Source: a virus (lineage: Duplodnaviria; Caudoviricetes). Taken from it: a DNA stretch of 64,000 bases. A program made the translations under genes and the position numbers. Positions within the stretch are counted from its first letter, which is position 1, and each line of letters opens with the position of its first letter. The notes below the pieces were generated by a model. The model was not told the DNA's origin. It ran no database searches and was given only the letters and a program-made list of their open reading frames with translations. The DNA is taken from positions 612-64,611 of IMG/VR virus record IMGVR_UViG_3300021440_000021; one strand, 5' to 3'. Below are positions 58,212 to 64,000 of this stretch, in pieces.

Positions 58212-60080
58212 ATGCCAGTATTTGATTGTGAAGGAGATAGCTTAACCCCAACTAAAATCCACTGCCTATCCTACGAAAATGAAGATGGTTCTGTTTCTTC
58301 CCTCACGTCATATGCTGATATGTCTGAATGGCTCCTCTCTCAATCAGAGTTAATCGGGCACAATATCATCCTCTTTGACATCCCTGTTTTAGAACGTATC
58401 CTAAATATCAAGATTAAAGCTAAGTTAATTGACACCTTAGCCCTTTCTTGGTATCTCTTCCCGGAGAGACAAAGGCATGGATTAGAATGGTGGGGAGTTG
58501 ATCTTGGAATCCCTAAACCCCCAATTGCAGATTGGGAAAACCTTACAATAGAAGAATATATACATAGGTGTGAAGAAGATGTTAAAATTAATGGGTTGCT
58601 ATGGAGAAAGCAACGGAGTTATCTGGATCAACTCTACCCGGATGTTTCTGGTAAACTTGATTCTAACTCTCTCCCTGATTGGAGACGTATTGTCTCTTAT
58701 CTCTCGTTTAAGCTAGATTGTGCGAGAGAGCAAGAGAGAAGTCGTTGGAAACTTGACAAAGATTGGTGTAAGGCTGTTTTAGAAAAGCTCTCATCAGAGC
58801 AACAGCCTCGCATTGACGCATTGAAAAGGGTTATGCCAAATGTCGTAAAGAAAACTATTAAACAATACCCTGCCAAACCTTTTAAGAAGGATGGCACATT
58901 GTCTGTTGAAGGAGTTAAGTGGCAAAAATATTTATCTGAGCAGGGCTTGACAAAAGACCATAAAGACCCTATATATATCTTAGATAAAGAAGAACCACCT
59001 AATCCAAATAGTCCAGAACAATTAAAAGATTGGTTGTTCTCATTAGGTTGGAAGCCAGAAACCTTTAAGTTTGTTAAGGAGGATGATGGATCAGAACGTA
59101 AAATCCCTCAAATCAAAATACCTAATTCCCCTGATATTTGCCCTAGTGTTCTTGAACTTGCAGAGAAAGAGCCAGCGGTTAAAGAATTGGAGGAACTATC
59201 CATTGTTAGACACCGACTTGGTATTTTACAAGGATTTCTAGATAATGCTGATGAAGAAGGTTTTTTAAAAGCCCGCATTCAAGGCTTTACCAACACCCTT
59301 CGTTTCAAACATACAGAGATTGTCAATCTTCCCGGTGTTGACAAACCTTATGGTAAAGAAGTGAGGGGATGTTTGGTCGCTCGTGATGGTTTTGAGGTGG
59401 TTGGGACTGATATGGTGTCACTAGAAAGCACCACTAAGAAACACTATATGTGGCCTCATGATCCAGAATATGTAGAAGAAATGTCTGTTCCGGGTTTTGA
59501 CGAACATCTTGATCTTGCTGTTAAGGCGAAGGCTCTAACTAAAGATCAGATGGAAGCTCACAAAGCAAAGAAAGAAGATCATAGTAGGATTAGAAAACAG
59601 TTTAAAGCTGTGAACTACTCCGGGATTTATGGGGTTGGTCCCCCTAAACTTGCCAGAGAATTGAAATCCACAGTTGCATTTGCCAAACAACTGCTAAAGG
59701 CTTATTGGGACAGAAATTGGTCTGTTAAGAAAGTGGCTGAAGATTGTATTGTCAAAACTGTAAATGGTCAGAAATGGCTCTTCAATCCTGTATCTAAATT
59801 TTGGTATTCTCTTCGTAACGAAAAAGATAGATTTAGTACATTAAATCAAGGAACAGGTGTTTATTGCTTTGACAGTTTTGTTGGGGAATGCAGAAAACGT
59901 AGACCACAAATCACTGCACAATTCCATGATGAGACAATTTCAGAGGTTAAGAAAGGGTTTGCAGATAAGTTGATTGCTCTTCAACGAGAAGCAATTAATG
60001 CTGTAAACGATAGACTTAAGTTAAACGTCAAGCTAGACATTGATAGTCATGTTGGCTATCGTTATTCGGACATTCACTAA
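58212..60080 (+). CDS. DNA polymerase family A with 3'-5' exonuclease
   Basis: FDCE, GHNIILFDIP, CEEDV; motif A DMVSLE, motif B KAVNYSGIYG, motif C QFHDE. Confidence 0.95.
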   Translation: MPVFDCEGDSLTPTKIHCLSYENEDGSVSSLTSYADMSEWLLSQSELIGHNIILFDIPVLERILNIKIKAKLIDTLALSWYLFPERQRHGLEWWGVDLGIPKPPIADWENLTIEEYIHRCEEDVKINGLLWRKQRSYLDQLYPDVSGKLDSNSLPDWRRIVSYLSFKLDCAREQERSRWKLDKDWCKAVLEKLSSEQQPRIDALKRVMPNVVKKTIKQYPAKPFKKDGTLSVEGVKWQKYLSEQGLTKDHKDPIYILDKEEPPNPNSPEQLKDWLFSLGWKPETFKFVKEDDGSERKIPQIKIPNSPDICPSVLELAEKEPAVKELEELSIVRHRLGILQGFLDNADEEGFLKARIQGFTNTLRFKHTEIVNLPGVDKPYGKEVRGCLVARDGFEVVGTDMVSLESTTKKHYMWPHDPEYVEEMSVPGFDEHLDLAVKAKALTKDQMEAHKAKKEDHSRIRKQFKAVNYSGIYGVGPPKLARELKSTVAFAKQLLKAYWDRNWSVKKVAEDCIVKTVNGQKWLFNPVSKFWYSLRNEKDRFSTLNQGTGVYCFDSFVGECRKRRPQITAQFHDETISEVKKGFADKLIALQREAINAVNDRLKLNVKLDIDSHVGYRYSDIH

Positions 60081-60178
60081 TGGAATTTTTACTTGGAACT
60101 TTAGCACTCGTAGTAGTGCTTGGACTTATCTACACCGACTGGTTAGATGAAAATGATGATGTATAAAAAGGAAAACAA

Positions 60179-60907
60179 ATGTCATTAAATGCAAGAACTT
60201 TACCCGTTGCACAAAGCAACAATTTTAAACGTCCTGATCCGCTTGAGGCAGGCACCTACCCGGCACGTCTTGTGCAAGTGGTTCTTATGGGGGTTCAGAA
60301 AGAACGCCCTTATATGGGAGAAGAGAAAGCTCCCCGTCTTCGTATTCGTCTCACTTATGAATTTCTTGACGAATTTCTTAAAGATGAAGATGGCAATGAT
60401 TTGGAAGACAAACCTCGCTGGCTTTCGGAAGAGCTTCCTTTCCTGTCATTGAAGGCTGATTTGGCCAAGAGCACTAAACGATATTATGCTCTCGACCCGG
60501 AAAGTCGCTCTGAAGGTGATTGGCTTCAGCTTCTTGGTGCCCCTTGTATGGTCACTGTAGTCACTGAGGCTTCTAAAAAGCCGGGAAGTGATGTTGTATA
60601 TAACAATGTGGCCTCTGTCTCGTCTATGCGCCCTAAAGAGGCAGCTAAAGCACCTGACCTGAAAAACCCCTCTGTGGCATTTGATTTCTATGCTCCCACG
60701 AAAGAGGCTTGGGAAGTTTTGCCTGAGTGGCTGCAAGAGAAGATTAAAGAGGCCGTAGACTTCGTAGGAAGCCCGCTAGAGGCCTTTCTCAATGGCAAGG
60801 CTAGTGGGGGTGCCAAAAAACCTAAAGCCCCTGTAGAGGCCCCTGTAGGCTCTCCTATGGATCATGAACGGAGTAAGCATCTAGAAGATGACGAAATTCC
60901 TTGGTAA
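60179..60907 (+). CDS. single-stranded DNA-binding protein (putative)
   Basis: GTYPARL...LLGAPCMVTV; acidic tail EDDEIPW. Confidence 0.75.
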   Translation: MSLNARTLPVAQSNNFKRPDPLEAGTYPARLVQVVLMGVQKERPYMGEEKAPRLRIRLTYEFLDEFLKDEDGNDLEDKPRWLSEELPFLSLKADLAKSTKRYYALDPESRSEGDWLQLLGAPCMVTVVTEASKKPGSDVVYNNVASVSSMRPKEAAKAPDLKNPSVAFDFYAPTKEAWEVLPEWLQEKIKEAVDFVGSPLEAFLNGKASGGAKKPKAPVEAPVGSPMDHERSKHLEDDEIPW

Positions 60908-60974
60908 TCTGCCAGATGCTATAAATGAAGCAATCAGACTTACTTTTGAAGTAAGAGAAAGGTAGGAATACATC

Positions 60975-62360
60975 ATGCGACCGTTAATCGACGCTGATGT
61001 GCTTTAGCTTTTATACGAAATTGGCTTCTCGTCAGAACGTATGGAACCTAATGAGGAGGGCGAGCTTGTGCTCGTCCCTGCCTCTTGGGAATTTGCACAA
61101 GAACTATTTGATCAAAAGATCAAATTAATTTGCGATGAGGTGAGAGCAACAGAAAGCCCGTTGCTCTTCCTCACTAATACACCGCGTATTAACAAACTAA
61201 GAAACAAAGAACGAAAAAGAAATGACGAACCTGAAAAGATTTATGTCGAAAATTTTAGGCATGAGGTGGCGAAAGAGAAAGAATACAAAGGCACACGTAA
61301 AGCAACCAAGCCTTTCCACTTCTACAACCTCCTCAACTATGTTCTTGCCAATTATGATGTTCATGTTGACGAGCAGGGGCTAGAAGCCGATGATGCAATG
61401 TGTATATATCAAATTCAGATTGCTAAAGAGTATGGGGTAAAAGTCCCTTTTCATGGGGGGTATTTTCTTCTTGATTATGAAGACTGGCTAAAATACAATA
61501 AGACTACCTTTATCCAAGATAATAAAGGGTATCTAGTTAATGACACAGGGAAAGACCTTACAAGAAAAGTTTGGCTTCTCCACAGAGAGATTATGGGCAA
61601 TCCTGAAGGCTTTGTTGTAGATCATATAAATGGGAACACTTTAGACAATCGTAAATACAATCTGCGCATTTGTACTACCAAAGAGAACGTTCGAAACTCT
61701 AAACCACAAGAGGGTTCTTCTGCATATAAGGGGGTCTCTTGGGATGAGTCAAGAGGTAAATGGCTTGCGGGTATAAAAGTAGATCGTGAGCACATTTTCT
61801 TGGGAAGATACGATTTAGAACTAGATGCTGCCAAAGCATATGATGATGCCGCAGAAACTCATTTTGGGGTATATGCAAGGTTAAATCTAAAACCCCCTTA
61901 TACCAAACCTTATAAAGAGACTATTATTTGTTCTAGAGACAAAGATGTTAGACAGTGTCCTCTTTGGCATTATAGTTGGGAATGTGGAAAACAAGCATCT
62001 GTTGGTCCTATTTTAGTAGAACCTCTTGGAGAATTAGTTCAAATTAATCCTAAGAAAATCTTTGGCACAGGTGCTAAGTTCTTTTACTATCAACTTCTCG
62101 TTGGTGACACCGTAGATAATATTGGTGGTATCAAGGGGAAAGGACCAGCTTTTGCATTCAATCTCCTTAAAGACTGTGTATCAGAGAGACAGTGTTATGA
62201 GTTTATCGCCCATGTCTATCTGCAACATCATGGAGATGAATGGAAGACTAAATTTAGAGAGCAGGCAGACCTGCTTTATATGATTAGAGAATTAGATGAG
62301 AAAGGAGAGAAAATTAAATGGAAGCCCCCGCAATTGGCAAAATCAGAGATATCTGGTTAA
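60975..62360 (+). CDS. 5'-3' exonuclease with an in-frame HNH-AP2 insertion; TAG at 61005 in the N-terminus
   Basis: LIDADVL, YKGTR, EADD, SRDKD, GDTVDNIGGIKGKG motifs. Confidence 0.85.
61430..61915 (+). mobile_element. HNH-AP2 homing endonuclease domain embedded in the exonuclease
   Basis: LHREIM...VVDHINGNTLDNRKYNLR...N; SSAYKGVSW...KW...LGRY...AAKAYDDAA...FGVYARLN; boundaries approximate. Confidence 0.85.
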
Positions 62361-62836
62361 TTTCAGACACACATTTTTTCCACAATAATATTATTAAATA
62401 TTGCGACCGTCCATTTCACGATATTTATGAGATGAATGAGTATATGGTAGAAAAATGGAATTCTGTTGTAAAACCGGGAGATAAAGTTTATCATCTTGGA
62501 GATGTCTATATGGGGGCTACAGAAGAACAGTTTAAGTCTTTTTGGCCCCGTCTAAATGGCCGTAAAAGATTAATTGTTGGAAACCATGACGACATTAAGT
62601 TTCTGTCCAAAGGAAACTTCTTTGAAAAAATTATGATGTGGAGAGTTTTTCGTGATCATAATCTTCTCCTCACTCATGTTCCTATTCATGAGAGTTCAAT
62701 TCATGAGCGTATGGTCATAAATGGTGGTAAAAATGTTCATGGACACACGCATGATGGAGGTTCACCTAAAGGGCCTTATAAATCCGTTTGTGTAGAATTG
62801 ATTAACTACACCCCAATTCATATCGAAGAGGTATAA
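62318..62836 (+). CDS. calcineurin-like metallophosphoesterase
   Basis: SDTHF, LGDV, GNHD, THVP, HGHTH. Confidence 0.9.
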   Translation: MEAPAIGKIRDIWLISDTHFFHNNIIKYCDRPFHDIYEMNEYMVEKWNSVVKPGDKVYHLGDVYMGATEEQFKSFWPRLNGRKRLIVGNHDDIKFLSKGNFFEKIMMWRVFRDHNLLLTHVPIHESSIHERMVINGGKNVHGHTHDGGSPKGPYKSVCVELINYTPIHIEEV

Positions 62837-63486
62837 TGAACGAAAGAGTAAACAGATTTATTGGGGATATCCACGGAGATTTCCATTATTATAAGCAAGT
62901 GTTGTTATCTGGTGTAGAATCCTCCGTTCAAGTGGGGGATTATGGCTTGGGTTTTAACAAATCTGTGGATGCAGAAATGTTGAAGTGGGCAGACGAGAAT
63001 AGACAACATAAGTTCATTCGTGGAAATCATGATAATAAAACTGTGTGTCAAACTTTCCCTAATTACATTCCTGATGGATATTTTGATCATCAAAATAAAA
63101 TTCTGTATATTGGGGGTGCTTGGTCTATTGACTATTGGGCAAGGAAAGAGGGGATTAATTATTGGGCTGATGAAGAGTGTAGCACACAAACCCTTTCTCA
63201 GATTATCTTGAATGCTGTTGATTTTAAGCCTCGTATTATCGTCTCTCATGATGCACCAGACTCCATTCCAACCGAGTTACAACTACATAATCCCGCTTTT
63301 GGTGGACCTGTGAGGACGAGAACAGGGGCTTATCTAGAATTTCTTTTTTCTCGTTGGAAGCCTGAATTATGGATTTTTGGGCATTGGCATAAATCTTCAC
63401 GAAAGGAAATTGGAGGAACAAAATTTATTTGCTTAGGTATCAATGAGTTTGTAGATATTAATCTTGATACGTTGGAGATGATGTGA
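62836..63486 (+). CDS. calcineurin-like metallophosphoesterase
   Basis: GDIHG, VGDYG, GNHD, SHDAP, FGHWH. Confidence 0.9.
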   Translation: MNERVNRFIGDIHGDFHYYKQVLLSGVESSVQVGDYGLGFNKSVDAEMLKWADENRQHKFIRGNHDNKTVCQTFPNYIPDGYFDHQNKILYIGGAWSIDYWARKEGINYWADEECSTQTLSQIILNAVDFKPRIIVSHDAPDSIPTELQLHNPAFGGPVRTRTGAYLEFLFSRWKPELWIFGHWHKSSRKEIGGTKFICLGINEFVDINLDTLEMM

Positions 63487-63866
63487 GAATTTTAGTTTGT
63501 GGTGGAAGAGAATTTGATGACTGGAAACTATTTACGGATAAAATGTGGGAGGTGATGAGAACTGAAAATTTAGATAACCAAGACTATTTTGAAGGAGATA
63601 ATTCAAAAAAGATCACAATTATTCATGGAGATGCTAAAGGAGCAGATTTTTGTGCCAGACTTTGGGCAATTTTGTGGAGCACATCTGAGGAGAGATTTCC
63701 TGCTAATTGGGATAAATATGGAAAATCCGCAGGGTCTGTCCGTAATAAACAGATGTTAGAAGAAGGAAAACCTGACTTAGTTGTAGCATTCCCCGGTGGA
63801 AATGGAACTGCTAACATGATTAAAATTGCTAGGGAAAAAGGAGTGAGAGTTCTAGTCATTGATTAA
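63483..63866 (+). CDS. SLOG-family (YspA/DUF2493-like) protein
   Basis: RILVCGGR, IIHGDAKGAD, AGSVRNKQML, VAFPGGNGT. Confidence 0.85.
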   Translation: MRILVCGGREFDDWKLFTDKMWEVMRTENLDNQDYFEGDNSKKITIIHGDAKGADFCARLWAILWSTSEERFPANWDKYGKSAGSVRNKQMLEEGKPDLVVAFPGGNGTANMIKIAREKGVRVLVID

Positions 63867-64000
63867 AGAAAAGCCTCGTGCCTCTGGCACTATGACTGAA
63901 GCTGCTTTTGTGTCCTTCGTCAAAGGACATTTAAGACGAGCTTCTCGTTGGTGGAAGCCTATCTCAGACACACTAAAGAACGCAAGGTTACAACGAGGAT
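63859..64000 (+). CDS. truncated ORF at the window edge, possibly an HNH-type endonuclease
   Basis: MTEAAFVSFVKGHLRRASRWWKP N-terminus; incomplete. Confidence 0.45.
   Translation, partial: MIKEKPRASGTMTEAAFVSFVKGHLRRASRWWKPISDTLKNARLQRG

Noticed and set aside
59600-59635. Tyr at the PolA 762-equivalent position (KAVNY)
   Set aside because: Known T7-like feature of lytic phage polymerases; supports a lytic lifestyle but is not novel.
48764-61007. Genome-wide stop-codon reassignment explaining the two in-frame stops
   Set aside because: The stops differ (TAA and TAG), both codons end many normal genes here, and no suppressor tRNA is present.

Overview
This window looks like most of the genome of a lytic, podovirus-type dsDNA phage, circularly permuted. 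The gene set resembles Zobellviridae/phiEco32-like phages, and the host is plausibly an alphaproteobacterium (both inferred). There are two divergent arms. The minus-strand late arm (~5.9-36 kb) encodes terminase, portal, scaffold, major capsid, tail, internal virion and lysis proteins. The plus-strand early/middle arm (~37-64 kb, continuing into 1-5.8 kb) encodes small early genes, tRNAs, a peptide-ligase/amidotransferase cluster, primase-helicase, an ECF-like sigma factor, PolA, SSB, exonucleases, phosphoesterases, ThyX, class II RNR and PhoH. The arms converge at a terminator near 5.85 kb and diverge in a non-coding region at 36-37 kb. The main observations are: (1) 14 small proteins from several unrelated families share the C-terminal tag (I/V)T(S/N)LE(E/D/Q)Y(M/L)-COOH and bracket the ATP-grasp/GATase/COOH-NH2-ligase/amidoligase cluster; (2) a tRNA-Leu(UAA) gene is split at its anticodon by a cassette carrying an HNH endonuclease and its own replacement tRNA-Leu(UAA); (3) an HNH-AP2 domain is inserted in frame in the 5'-3' exonuclease without intein signatures; (4) two Ser-X hexamer-repeat peptides flank an Sm-like protein; (5) a dispersed ~85-bp DNA element recurs inside and between genes; (6) two conserved genes carry in-frame stops. 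All product calls come from motif recognition by eye, and no database searches were run.
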